From Bacteroidota bacterium (GTDB lineage: Bacteria > Bacteroidota > Ignavibacteria > Kapaibacteriales > Kapaibacteriaceae): a DNA stretch of 64,000 nucleotides. The notes under the pieces were generated by a model, which was not told the DNA's origin, made no database searches, and saw only the letters and a program-made list of their open reading frames with translations. Below, piece by piece: positions 48,176-57,895 of the stretch (positions are counted from its first letter, which is position 1; the number at the start of each line of letters is the position of its first letter). The stretch lies in NCBI GenBank assembly GCA_039795225.1, contig JBDKEN010000001.1, forward strand, positions 21,610 through 85,609. Direction: 5' to 3'. Made by a program: the position numbers and the translations under genes.

Positions 48176-50617
48176 ATGAGCGAATTGCCGATCAACTCCG
48201 TTCTGCCCGACATCTGCGACGTGCTTGCGCGGAATGTGCCGTGCATCCTTGAGGCGCCCCCTGGGGCGGGCAAAACGACGATGGTGCCGCTGGCGCTGAT
48301 CAACCAGGCGTGGCTGCAGGGCAAGAAGATCGTAATGCTCGAGCCACGGCGTCTGGCAGCGAAGGCTGCGGCGCGGCGGATGGCATCGCTGCTGGGAGAG
48401 CAGGTTGGACAGACCGTTGGCTACAGGATGCGCATGGAGTCGGCGATCAGTGAGGCCACGCGCATCGAAGTGGTGACCGAAGGCGTGCTTACACGACAGT
48501 TGGCGCGTGATCCAGAGCTACGTGGTGTTGGACTCGTGATCTTTGATGAGTTTCACGAGCGGTCGTTGAATGCTGATACGGGGCTTGCGCTCACGCTCAC
48601 AACACGTGCACTGCTCAGAAGCGACCTACACGTATTGGTGATGTCGGCAACAATTGGGTCGCTAAACTTTACGACGATCATGCCGGACGCCGAGCGCGTT
48701 ACGAGTCTCGGTCGGACATTCCCGGTCGAGACAACCTATCTGCGTAGTGCGTCTGACAAGCCCCTTCATGAACTCATGGCTGCCGCCGTGCGTGATGCTA
48801 TCCGCGATGACGCCGGCGATATTCTCTGTTTCTTACCGGGTCAGGCCGAAATCCGCCGCACGCAGGAGGTCCTTCTTGGTAGGCCCGAAGCGCTTGACGG
48901 TGCGGAGGTGATGATCCTGCATGGTGAGCTTGCGGCCGATGCGCAGGACGCTGTGCTGCGGCCCGCGTCGCGGATTCGGCGCGTGATCCTGTCGACGGCC
49001 ATTGCCGAAACATCGCTCACGATCGACGGCGTGCGGACAGTTATCGACGCTGGACGCTCGAGGGAGCCCCGTTTCGATCCACGATCGGGAATGACCCATC
49101 TGACAACGGTGAGTGTGTCAAGGGATGCTGCCGAACAACGTGCTGGGCGTGCAGGACGCACCGCAGCCGGACGCTGCATTCGGCTGTGGACGGAAAGGGA
49201 GCACGACCAGCTGCCGGAGCGCCGAACAAGTGAGATCCTTGTAGCCGACTGTTCGAGTCTGATTCTCGAGGTAGCCAGTTTTGGCGTGGAGATCTCGGAT
49301 CTGCCGTGGCTTGAGCAGCCCCCTGCCGGAAATGTAGCACAGGGACGTGAGCTCCTGCGTCAGCTGGGAGCACTCGATACGTCAAACAGCATCACTCCGC
49401 ACGGACGCGATTTGCTGCGCTATGGCACGCACCCGCGCATCGCCCATATGTTGGTGCGCTCGAGAGCGGTTGGTATCGAATGGGTCCGCGCATCAGGCAT
49501 TGCCGCTATCATCGGTGAGCGCGATCTCCTCAAAGGCGAGCGGTTGAGTGATGTACGCCGACGTCTTGATGTGTTGCAAGGGGCGAACGATCCGCACGCC
49601 GACCGTGCAGCCATTATGCACGCCCGCAAACGTCAGCAGGCGCTACGCAAGCCGCATGACGCATCGATTGAACGGCTGAGAGTTCCAGAGGATGACATCG
49701 AGGGAGTCCTCATTGCCCTTGCTTACCCCGAGCGCCTTGCACGCAGCAAAGGAGACGGACGATTCCTTCTTCGAAATGGTCGCAGTGTTACCATTATGCA
49801 GGCCGATCCACTGGCACGCTCCGAGTGGCTGGCCGTGGCGGACCTGGATGGAACAGCTGCCGAGCCGCGCATCTCCATAGCGGCCCCGCTCAGTCTCGAA
49901 AGCGTGCGAATAGTTTTTGCCGATGATTTCACGACACACGTTGAAACAGGTTGGAACGACCGTGATGGTCGTATTGTGGCGCGCACGGCAAGCATGCTCG
50001 GCGCAATCGTTGTTGAAACCAAAGCAAATGCCAATGCCGATCCACAGGATCTTGCAGCGGCATTTGCACGAGAGCTCGCACGACGCGGCATCGAGAGGAT
50101 GCCATGGGACGAACGGGCTCAGCGACTTCGTGATCGCATAACATTCACACGTCAGCATACGGGGGCCGAACTCCCCGAGATGTCTGACGAGATGCTGTCG
50201 CAATCCGTTGAGCAGTGGCTCGCACCGCATCTTATTGGGATGCGCTCACTTGCCGACCTGCAGAAGCTCGACCTGGTGCGCCTTCTTCAGGACATGCTCA
50301 CGCGCGAGCAGAGAACCCTTGTTGATCGATGTGCCCCCGAATTGTACAAGCCTCCCAAAGGCCGCGAGGTGGCCATTGATTACTCCAATCCTGATCAGCC
50401 CCTTGCCGCCGTCCGACTCCAGTTCATGCTCGGCGTTAAGCGCACTCCGACGGTGGCCAACGGTAACGTTCCACTCACTCTCGAGCTTCTTTCACCCGCC
50501 GACAGGCCCATCCAGAAGACTCGCGACCTCGCTGGCTTTTGGAGTGGGTCATATCAGTCGGTACGAAAGGAGATGAAGGGGCGGTATCCAAAGCACGACT
50601 GGCCCGAGACTCCGTAA
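48176..50617 (+). CDS. hrpB: ATP-dependent RNA helicase HrpB
   Basis: APPGAGKTT, DEFHERS, SATI, TAIAETSLTI and QRAGRAGR are DEAH-box motifs. The HrpB-type C-terminal domain ends WPE. Confidence 0.85.
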   Translation: MSELPINSVLPDICDVLARNVPCILEAPPGAGKTTMVPLALINQAWLQGKKIVMLEPRRLAAKAAARRMASLLGEQVGQTVGYRMRMESAISEATRIEVVTEGVLTRQLARDPELRGVGLVIFDEFHERSLNADTGLALTLTTRALLRSDLHVLVMSATIGSLNFTTIMPDAERVTSLGRTFPVETTYLRSASDKPLHELMAAAVRDAIRDDAGDILCFLPGQAEIRRTQEVLLGRPEALDGAEVMILHGELAADAQDAVLRPASRIRRVILSTAIAETSLTIDGVRTVIDAGRSREPRFDPRSGMTHLTTVSVSRDAAEQRAGRAGRTAAGRCIRLWTEREHDQLPERRTSEILVADCSSLILEVASFGVEISDLPWLEQPPAGNVAQGRELLRQLGALDTSNSITPHGRDLLRYGTHPRIAHMLVRSRAVGIEWVRASGIAAIIGERDLLKGERLSDVRRRLDVLQGANDPHADRAAIMHARKRQQALRKPHDASIERLRVPEDDIEGVLIALAYPERLARSKGDGRFLLRNGRSVTIMQADPLARSEWLAVADLDGTAAEPRISIAAPLSLESVRIVFADDFTTHVETGWNDRDGRIVARTASMLGAIVVETKANANADPQDLAAAFARELARRGIERMPWDERAQRLRDRITFTRQHTGAELPEMSDEMLSQSVEQWLAPHLIGMRSLADLQKLDLVRLLQDMLTREQRTLVDRCAPELYKPPKGREVAIDYSNPDQPLAAVRLQFMLGVKRTPTVANGNVPLTLELLSPADRPIQKTRDLAGFWSGSYQSVRKEMKGRYPKHDWPETP

Positions 50618-50670
50618 TGTTGCGGTGCGTAGATTGCGCCATTGATTCTCCGCACCAGAGGTCACGAAGT

Positions 50671-51885
50671 ATGTTTCGACACCTTCTCGTTCTTGTTCTC
50701 GGATTGGCTCTTGGTCAGTCCTTCGCTCTCGGGCAGGCCCGCCCATGGATCTATCGCAGCAACGTATTGCCAGGATCATCACCCGTGGTATGTAACGCGG
50801 CCGGTGGCATTGTTGTGTTTGACAAGATCGCAATGCGAACCATTGATCATGGATTCACGCTTGACACTGTGCGTGATCTTGATCAGGACATCTGCGCATT
50901 TGTTGACTTCCCGGGTGCAATCAGCTTTGCTGTGACCTACAGTAGTGCATCACGCACGGTCTGGTCGTATTTCTCGCAAGGTGGCAACTCATGGTCAAAG
51001 ATCGACTCTATGATGAACGTCGATCGACCAACGAGCATCGCAACATCGCAGACTGAATGGTTTATGGCAACGGAGAATGGTTCGACCATCTACCGCGTGG
51101 GAGAAACCTCCACGACCATCAAGGGTCCATCGTCCGAGCCTATCCGCCAACTCGTCCTCGTTGGCTCAATGCTCGTTGCCAATGTCAACGGTCAATCGAT
51201 CGCAACCTCAACAGACTTTGGTATGACCTGGAAGACGCTACCAGCAGAGGGCATCGGTCCAATGCATGTCCTCGACGGGAATGCGTACGTCGCCTCCACG
51301 CAAGGAGTCAAGAAGCTCGATGTTGATGCTGGTACATTGGTTCCTGTGGGTGTGTGGGCTGTTGCCTCACCCGGTGCCCCACTGACTCTTGACATCGATT
51401 CGTATCTCGGCCGGTTGTACTGCCTCGCGCTCGATGGGGCGTATCAGCTCTTTCAGCTCGATCCTGGAACAACATCATGGGTGCCAGTTGGTCAGCCCCT
51501 TCCCTGTCGCGCCGCTGCTGCAAGCCCTTCGATCATGACGATTGAATCTGGTTGGGCCGTTGCCGCCATCAATATCACTGAGGGCCAGAAGGACACGTCA
51601 GGGGTCTACGCATACGATTTGAATGATTTTTCATCGGTGCACGAGGGAGCAACGCGTGATACGTATCCATCGCGGATCATTGATCGGTCGACCACAGCAA
51701 TCGAGCTTGGCGTTGAAAATCCAACAGCACTCTTGATCGACCAGTCGGGCCGTACGGTCATGCAGTGCCCCCATCTTGGGGACGGGAGATATCAGCTTTC
51801 GGCAAGCACGCTTGCCGCTGGCGTCTATACCATCGTGACGCAGGACGCGCTGTCGCGAACCGTTCAACGTCTACTCGTGCCATAA
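50671..51885 (+). CDS. Secreted beta-propeller protein with a T9SS C-terminal sorting domain
   Basis: The signal peptide is MFRHLLVLVLGLALGQSFALGQA. There is an Asp-box-like STDFGMTW, and the C-terminus is GRYQLSASTLAAGVYTIVTQDALSRTVQRLLVP. Confidence 0.6.
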   Translation: MFRHLLVLVLGLALGQSFALGQARPWIYRSNVLPGSSPVVCNAAGGIVVFDKIAMRTIDHGFTLDTVRDLDQDICAFVDFPGAISFAVTYSSASRTVWSYFSQGGNSWSKIDSMMNVDRPTSIATSQTEWFMATENGSTIYRVGETSTTIKGPSSEPIRQLVLVGSMLVANVNGQSIATSTDFGMTWKTLPAEGIGPMHVLDGNAYVASTQGVKKLDVDAGTLVPVGVWAVASPGAPLTLDIDSYLGRLYCLALDGAYQLFQLDPGTTSWVPVGQPLPCRAAAASPSIMTIESGWAVAAINITEGQKDTSGVYAYDLNDFSSVHEGATRDTYPSRIIDRSTTAIELGVENPTALLIDQSGRTVMQCPHLGDGRYQLSASTLAAGVYTIVTQDALSRTVQRLLVP

Positions 51886-51903
51886 GCCAGGCTACGACGC
51901 ACC

Positions 51904-52230
51904 ATGGCGAAAGCTGCACTGAACGCTGCACAGCAGCGCATAATGACTCGCAAGCGACTCATTACGATTGTTGGTCTGACCCTTGCTGTGCTGGCCTTCA
52001 TTCTGTTTTCCAATTACGGTGTCGTTACACGACTATCGTTAATGAGTGAAACCTCCGATCTCGAGGGCCATGTCAATGAACTCCGCAGCACATCCGATAG
52101 TCTGCGACGTCAGATCAGAATCCTCGAGTCCGACAGTACCGAGATTGAACGTCTTGCCCGGGAACGATATGGATATGTGCGTCCAAACGAAGAAGTCTTC
52201 ATCATCAGCCGCGACACCGCAACACCATAA
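51904..52230 (+). CDS. ftsB: Septum formation initiator family protein (FtsB/DivIC-like)
   Basis: It has a single TM, a coiled coil, and the conserved tail ERLARERYGYVRPNEEVFII. Confidence 0.65.
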   Translation: MAKAALNAAQQRIMTRKRLITIVGLTLAVLAFILFSNYGVVTRLSLMSETSDLEGHVNELRSTSDSLRRQIRILESDSTEIERLARERYGYVRPNEEVFIISRDTATP

Positions 52231-52694
52231 TGCGCGTCCGTAATTTCGCCATCATCATCCTGCTCTGTAGCAGTCTCTTTCTCAGTACTTCCTGTTCAAT
52301 CATGAGTTCACATTCCATCCGCCCCTTTACTGCTGCCAACGCTGCTGCTCCAATCGGTCCATACTCGCATGGCGTTGCCTGCTCCGGGAATCTTCTCTTC
52401 CTCAGTGGACAGATTCCACTCCGTGCTGATGGGACACTCGTAAGCGGTACAATCGCCGAAGAAACCCGTCAGGTGTTTGAGAACATCCGTACCATTCTCA
52501 CTTCGCAGGGTGCCGATCTGACATCGATTGTCAAGACCACCGTGTTCTTGAAGAACATGGATGACTTTGCCGAAATGAATGGTGTCTACGCGGAGCAGAT
52601 GGGTGATCACCGACCAGCACGCTCGGCCGTTGAAGTTGCTCGTCTGCCGAAAGATGTGCGCGTCGAGATCGAGGTCATCGCATGCGTGCCCTAA
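52230..52694 (+). CDS. ridA: RidA/YjgF-family reactive intermediate deaminase (a possible exported or lipoprotein form; alternative start at 52302)
   Basis: APIGPYSHGV, LFLSGQIP, VFLKNMDDF and ARSAVEVARLP are present. The long form adds a hydrophobic leader, IIILLCSSLFLSTSC. Confidence 0.8.
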   Translation: MRVRNFAIIILLCSSLFLSTSCSIMSSHSIRPFTAANAAAPIGPYSHGVACSGNLLFLSGQIPLRADGTLVSGTIAEETRQVFENIRTILTSQGADLTSIVKTTVFLKNMDDFAEMNGVYAEQMGDHRPARSAVEVARLPKDVRVEIEVIACVP

Positions 52695-53203
52695 GGCACC
52701 TCGTCATGGTGCTCATGCTGCTCATGACGTCGGTCAGGGGGCTTGCACAATCTGCCGATACGACGTCGGCATTCACGCCGCTTGCTGGACCGACGAAATC
52801 TTCGACGACGGCCATTCTCTATTCCTTGGCCTTCCCAGGCTTGGGCCAGATCTACACCGAAAACTATTGGAAGGTCCCACTGTTTACGGGCGCGGCTGTG
52901 GCCACTGCCGTGCTGTTTGTTCGAAACAATGCTGATTTCGCAACAGCTGCGACCGCGTACGACGATGCCGTTGCGAATGGACTTGATGCAGCGACCACCA
53001 ACATCCTGCTTCGGCGTCGGGAGGCATTTCGTGACAATCGAGATCTGGCAGGGGTGTTCTTTCTGATAACCTATGCCCTAGCTGCTGTCGACTCCTACGT
53101 TGGAGCCGAGCTCTATCAGTTTGATACGGGAGAGAATCTCAGCCTATCGGCGGGTCCATCAGCCCGGAACCTCGTCGCCGTCAATCTCCGCCTGACGTGG
53201 TAA
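52682..53203 (+). CDS. DUF5683-like membrane protein
   Basis: It has a signal peptide, and ILYSLAFPGLGQIYTENYWKVPLF is the motif I remember for DUF5683. Confidence 0.6.
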   Translation: MRALRHLVMVLMLLMTSVRGLAQSADTTSAFTPLAGPTKSSTTAILYSLAFPGLGQIYTENYWKVPLFTGAAVATAVLFVRNNADFATAATAYDDAVANGLDAATTNILLRRREAFRDNRDLAGVFFLITYALAAVDSYVGAELYQFDTGENLSLSAGPSARNLVAVNLRLTW

Positions 53204-53205
53204 AG

Positions 53206-55146
53206 ATGCGCCCCCTATCTTTGCCAATGCTTTTTCGTATCGCCCTGCATCTCTCGGTAATCGGCACGCTGTGCGTGTCTGTGGCTGCCCAATCCTCGCT
53301 ATCGGAAACTCTGGGCCTGCGTCTCGGAGCTGGGTTGGCGTTTAGCCAGCATTCGGGACCATTTACACAGACAGCCGGGATGCTCGACTGTGAGCCGCTG
53401 TCATTTGGGGACGGATATGGACCAACGGGCCTCTTGGGTATTGAATTCCCCGTCTCTTCCTGGGGTATGCTGGGAATTGAGCTGGCCCTGACAAATCGAT
53501 CAGGGTCATTTTCACGAACCAATACCTACCCACTTCGCGACAGCATCACGGGCCAGGACGTGACGATGTCGACATTGTATACGCTCAACGCCACGCTGTC
53601 AAACGTCGATGTTGCGATGATGCTCCACATTCCCGTTATCGGAACTGCGCAACAACGACATCTTGGCTTGAGCGTTGGACCTCGGTTGGCCCTTCCGATG
53701 ACGGCAACATTTGAACAGCGTGAATCGGTAGTAAGTCCGGAGACCGCGGTGTTCTTTGTACAAGGTTCGCCCGTGCAGGAACGCCTGATACGCTCAGGTG
53801 CATTGCAGTCTCGCACTCCGTTGATGATTGCGTTATCGACAGGCTTGGAGTCATTGATAGCTCTTTCTGATCGACTCAGCCTCGTGCCCCGGTTGAGTGT
53901 TGACTACTTCGTGACTAATGTTGTTGGTGACGCCTCGTGGAAACAGATGTCGATTCGAGCAGATGCCTCGCTTCGCTTCTCGTTCAAGAAGACACCGCTG
54001 ATGCCACCTCCTCCGCCGCCGCCGGTCATCGTTGAGGCTCCACAAGCACCTGTGTATGCCCCACCGATCCTTGATCTATCCCCGCGTTCCTTTGTCGGTG
54101 AGATCGTCACCGGTAACGTCCTCAGGGCATCGATTCCCATCGTCAATGCCGTGTTCTTCGACAGTGCACGAGCCGACGTGCCACCATCGTACAAGGTGGC
54201 TGCTGATGGTTCGCAAATGAGCACTGATCCTGTTGATGCGCATGCCTGGATTCTACCGCGGATCGCCGCGATTATCGCCTCCAATCCACAGGCACGAATC
54301 ACACTTGAGGGTGCCACGAGTGGACCCGTGACGGAGCCTGAAGGCCTTGCGCTTGCCAAACGGCGAGCAGAATCGGTTCGCACCGCATTAGTTGGACTTG
54401 GCGTACCGTCATCATCGATCACCGTCAACTCCTCGCTTTCACCACGGATTACATCCAACGTCGACCTCCAAGGTGGACGTGAAGAGAACCGACGCGTCGA
54501 CATCATCGTCCAAAATGCACCGCTTCAACGGTTCGTACTGACGGAGGAATTTGCAGAGCTGCGCGGTACGGCTACGGTTGCCTCACGGTTCCAAGGTGGC
54601 CCTCCAGAGGCAACGCCGACAAGCCAGGTGATCACTGTAAACAGGCGCGATACAGTGGTTACAACGATGAATGCGACCGTCTCGATGCCGGTGGTTGTCC
54701 GACTTGACAATTCTGGTGAGCCCCCTGCCACCATTGCTGCGTCGTCATCAGCGGGCGGTCAGTATTCGGAGACGCAGCTACCAGTCCCAGCTGATAAGCT
54801 CACGAGGCGCAGAATTGCGCTGAGCACCGATGGCTTTGAAGCGATCCTTCGGTTCGACTACAACAGCGCAGAGCTCCTTGAAGACGTCAAGACACTGTTG
54901 CGTCAGCTCGCCGATCAGCTACCTGAAGGCTCAACGATCATGATCGAGGGAAGCACGGACATTCTCGGCTCACTGGAGCGGAACAAGCTTCTTTCCAACA
55001 ATCGTGCGGCGAACACCGAATCGTATATTCGGTCAATCACGACAAAGAAGTTTACGTTCTCGACCACGTCACAAGCATCGCCATTCAGTGACGCTACGCC
55101 ACAGGGACGATTCCTGAACCGCAACATCCGGATTCGCGTCCGGTAA
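53206..55146 (+). CDS. OmpA-family outer-membrane protein: N-terminal beta-barrel, poly-proline linker, two OmpA-like C-terminal domains
   Basis: The signal peptide is followed by alternating beta-strand sequence, a PLMPPPPPPPV linker, and NRRVDIIV and NRNIRIRV OmpA_C-like endings. The ATG at 53206 follows the upstream stop. Confidence 0.75.
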   Translation: MRPLSLPMLFRIALHLSVIGTLCVSVAAQSSLSETLGLRLGAGLAFSQHSGPFTQTAGMLDCEPLSFGDGYGPTGLLGIEFPVSSWGMLGIELALTNRSGSFSRTNTYPLRDSITGQDVTMSTLYTLNATLSNVDVAMMLHIPVIGTAQQRHLGLSVGPRLALPMTATFEQRESVVSPETAVFFVQGSPVQERLIRSGALQSRTPLMIALSTGLESLIALSDRLSLVPRLSVDYFVTNVVGDASWKQMSIRADASLRFSFKKTPLMPPPPPPPVIVEAPQAPVYAPPILDLSPRSFVGEIVTGNVLRASIPIVNAVFFDSARADVPPSYKVAADGSQMSTDPVDAHAWILPRIAAIIASNPQARITLEGATSGPVTEPEGLALAKRRAESVRTALVGLGVPSSSITVNSSLSPRITSNVDLQGGREENRRVDIIVQNAPLQRFVLTEEFAELRGTATVASRFQGGPPEATPTSQVITVNRRDTVVTTMNATVSMPVVVRLDNSGEPPATIAASSSAGGQYSETQLPVPADKLTRRRIALSTDGFEAILRFDYNSAELLEDVKTLLRQLADQLPEGSTIMIEGSTDILGSLERNKLLSNNRAANTESYIRSITTKKFTFSTTSQASPFSDATPQGRFLNRNIRIRVR

Positions 55147-55830
55147 TTAGCTCTCCTTTGGAGGCTCGAGAAGTCCCATCTGGCGCTTGAGTTCAAGCAG
55201 ATCCTGATCCACCTTACCCGAAGATGAGAGCTTTCTGAACTCTTCATCGAGCTGGGTGTTTTCGCCTGCTAGCTGCTCGAATGCCGAGGCCTCAGCCTCG
55301 AGCTTTTCAATCTTTGCTTCGTACTTGTCAAACTTGCTGAAGGCATCCGTGCCAATGCCCGCAGCAGACTTTGCGATTTGGGCTTGTGCCTTGGCTGCTT
55401 GTGAGCGAGCGATCAGCGTACTCTGACGTGAGCGCGCCTCATCAAGCTTGCGCTTGATACCGTCGAGCTGCTCACGAATCTTTGCCGTTGTCACGCGTGC
55501 CTGTTCATGCGTCGGCATAAGCTCGGCGACATTCTTGTCGGCAATTGCCTTCTTTTCCAGGGCAGCACGCGCGAGATCTTCACGACCAGCATTGATTGCC
55601 TGCATTGCCTTCTCCTGCCAGCTAGCGCTTTCGGCCTTCTGTGCGGCAATCCGCTTCTCGAGGCTTCGCTCATTGGCGATGGCATTTGCAACGGCCAGCG
55701 TCGTCTGGTTGACCGATTCCTCCATGTCGAGAACGGCCTGCTTGAGCATTTTCTCCGGGTCCTCCGCGCGGTCAAGCGCGTCGTTGGCTCCGGCGCGGAA
55801 CAGATCGGCGATGCGAGAAAAGATACCCAT
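55147..55830 (-). CDS. pspA: Phage shock protein A / IM30 family
   Basis: MGIFSRIADLFRAGANDALDRAEDPEKMLKQ is the canonical PspA N-terminus, and the rest is coiled coil. Confidence 0.85.
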   Translation of the reverse strand: MGIFSRIADLFRAGANDALDRAEDPEKMLKQAVLDMEESVNQTTLAVANAIANERSLEKRIAAQKAESASWQEKAMQAINAGREDLARAALEKKAIADKNVAELMPTHEQARVTTAKIREQLDGIKRKLDEARSRQSTLIARSQAAKAQAQIAKSAAGIGTDAFSKFDKYEAKIEKLEAEASAFEQLAGENTQLDEEFRKLSSSGKVDQDLLELKRQMGLLEPPKES

Positions 55831-55931
55831 GAAAAGCCCCTTCCAAGATTCAGCAAACAACTGCAGACCGTGAACGAAGTACGGACCGTTTTGTTTGACG
55901 AAAATACAGCAGTCAGGGGGCTCGTCGGTGG

Positions 55932-55939
55932 TATTTTTG
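55932..55939 (+). promoter_or_regulatory. -7 box candidate (TATTTTTG, perfect TAnnTTTG), 12 nt before the recR ATG
   Basis: This is a perfect consensus match at the standard spacing. Confidence 0.45.
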
Positions 55940-55943
55940 CGTC

Positions 55944-56537
55944 ATGCTCCCCTCAGAATCCATTGAACGCGTTGTTGAGCTCTTTGCCTCACTGCCAACC
56001 ATCGGAAAGAAAACAGCGCGTCGATTAGCGTTTCACCTCCTTCGCCAAAGCCCACACGAGGTAGAGCAGTTTGCCTCTGCATTGATCGACATGCGCTCGC
56101 GCGTGAGAGAATGCTCCGTCTGTCACACCTTTACCGATGCTGAGACGTGTGGCATCTGCCTGTCTCCGAAACGAGGCACAACGGTAATCTGCGTTGTTGA
56201 GCAGCCTTCAGATGTGATGGCAATTGAGCGAACCGGCGACTTCCGCGGACGGTATCATGTTCTCCACGGGGCGTTAAGTCCGCTCGACGGTATTGGTCCA
56301 GAAGATATACGTCTTAAGGAACTCGTCGCCCGCATGACGTCAGAGGTGGAAGAGGTAATTCTTGCCCTGAACCCCAACGTCGAGGGTGAAGTCACCACAC
56401 AATACATCGCAAAGCTTGCCACACCGCTTGGTGTAAAGGTCACACGCATCGCTCGTGGAGTGCCGATGGGGTCCGATCTGGAGTTTGCAGACGATGCAAC
56501 ACTTGCACGCGCGTTTGAGGGTCGTACACCGGTATGA
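55944..56537 (+). CDS. recR: Recombination protein RecR
   Basis: LPTIGKKTARRLAFHLL is the helix-hairpin-helix, CSVCHTFTDAETCGIC is the zinc finger, and a Toprim segment VVEQPSDVMAIERTG follows. Confidence 0.9.
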   Translation: MLPSESIERVVELFASLPTIGKKTARRLAFHLLRQSPHEVEQFASALIDMRSRVRECSVCHTFTDAETCGICLSPKRGTTVICVVEQPSDVMAIERTGDFRGRYHVLHGALSPLDGIGPEDIRLKELVARMTSEVEEVILALNPNVEGEVTTQYIAKLATPLGVKVTRIARGVPMGSDLEFADDATLARAFEGRTPV

Positions 56538-57292
56538 CATCGCCCCAATTGGAGTCGACAACCCCATGGTATGCCTCGTGGTTCGAGTCACCATGGTACA
56601 TGCAATTGTACCGACATCGGGGTGAAGCCGAGGCGCGTCAGGTTGTGCAGCTCATTGATCACACCATGCACATCCCGCATGATGCCGAGATTCTCGACCT
56701 CTGTTGTGGCTTTGGTCGACATACCATCGCCCTTGCCGAGCGTGGCTACCGCGTAACCGGACTTGATTACTCACAGCACCTGATCAACTATGCTCGTGAA
56801 TACAACGCCCATCCGAATGCGACGTACGTTGTTGGAGACATTCGGGGACCGTACCCATCGAGATCATACGCCCTAATCGCCAATTTGTTTACGAGTTTCG
56901 GGTACTTTGATTCGCATGACGACCATCAACAAGTGTTTCATACGATGCGTGATCATTTGGCTCCTGGAGGTCGGCTGGTGATGGATTTCCTGAACAGCAC
57001 CGTTCTGCGCTCGACGCTGGTTCCGGAATCATTGTCAATGATCGGTGAAACGACGGTTATCCAAGAGCGCTGGATTGACGAGCCATTTGTGCGCAAGACG
57101 ATTACGATCAATGTGCCATGCCAGGCCGAGCACACCTTCGAAGAGCGTGTCTGGCTCTACTCGCCCGAGGATCTTCGTTCGATGATGGAGACGGCCGGAC
57201 TGCACGTGGTTCGTGCGTTCGGCGCATACGACGGTAGTCCGTTTGTTGCAGATCAATCGCAACGGATCATCCTGATAGCTGAGGCCGAATGA
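56534..57292 (+). CDS. Class I SAM-dependent methyltransferase
   Basis: Motif I is ILDLCCGFGRH with a downstream acidic loop VTGLDYS. The start overlaps the recR stop. Confidence 0.75.
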   Translation: MTSPQLESTTPWYASWFESPWYMQLYRHRGEAEARQVVQLIDHTMHIPHDAEILDLCCGFGRHTIALAERGYRVTGLDYSQHLINYAREYNAHPNATYVVGDIRGPYPSRSYALIANLFTSFGYFDSHDDHQQVFHTMRDHLAPGGRLVMDFLNSTVLRSTLVPESLSMIGETTVIQERWIDEPFVRKTITINVPCQAEHTFEERVWLYSPEDLRSMMETAGLHVVRAFGAYDGSPFVADQSQRIILIAEAE

Positions 57293-57882
57293 TTCGCCCC
57301 CTCCTCAAGATCCTTCTGCTTGGTTGGACTCTCCTTGTAGGGGGCTGTGCAACGCGCACACCAGAAGAGCCATCTGGAGACCGTGGAACCTACGAGCCAC
57401 CGACGAGTCCGCTCATCGTGATCGATAATCTTCGCAACGCCGTCATCGAAAAGAACACGCAGAACTTTATGCTCTGCTTGGCTGATCCGACGCGGAGCTC
57501 CGTGCCCTACGGCTTTGAACCATCTGCTGAAGTCGGTGCGCGCTATCAAGCCGTTTTTAGCTCGTGGTCCATCGACAAGGAGCGACAGGCTTTTCTGAGC
57601 ATGACCAGTAGACTCGCCCTCGACCAGCGACCAAGCTTGATTTTCTCGAATACGCAGGTCGCGTTCTCCTCTCCCGATTCCCTGGTCTGGGTAAGTGATT
57701 ATGAGCTTCGTGCTCAGCTTAACATCTCCACCCTCCCATCACTCTTGACCGGTACATTGGCACTGACCATTACCCCAGAACGAAGCGGGTTATGGAGTAT
57801 TTCTCGCTGGCGTGACGCGAAGCGACCAGGCGACACCGTCGAATCGACCTGGTCGCTCCTGAAAGGTCAGCTCTCAAACTAA
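57289..57882 (+). CDS. Lipoprotein of unknown function
   Basis: MIRPLLKILLLGWTLLVGGC is a signal peptide plus lipobox. The start overlaps the previous stop (ATGA). Confidence 0.55.
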   Translation: MIRPLLKILLLGWTLLVGGCATRTPEEPSGDRGTYEPPTSPLIVIDNLRNAVIEKNTQNFMLCLADPTRSSVPYGFEPSAEVGARYQAVFSSWSIDKERQAFLSMTSRLALDQRPSLIFSNTQVAFSSPDSLVWVSDYELRAQLNISTLPSLLTGTLALTITPERSGLWSISRWRDAKRPGDTVESTWSLLKGQLSN

Positions 57883-57895
57883 CCCTCCGTCACGC

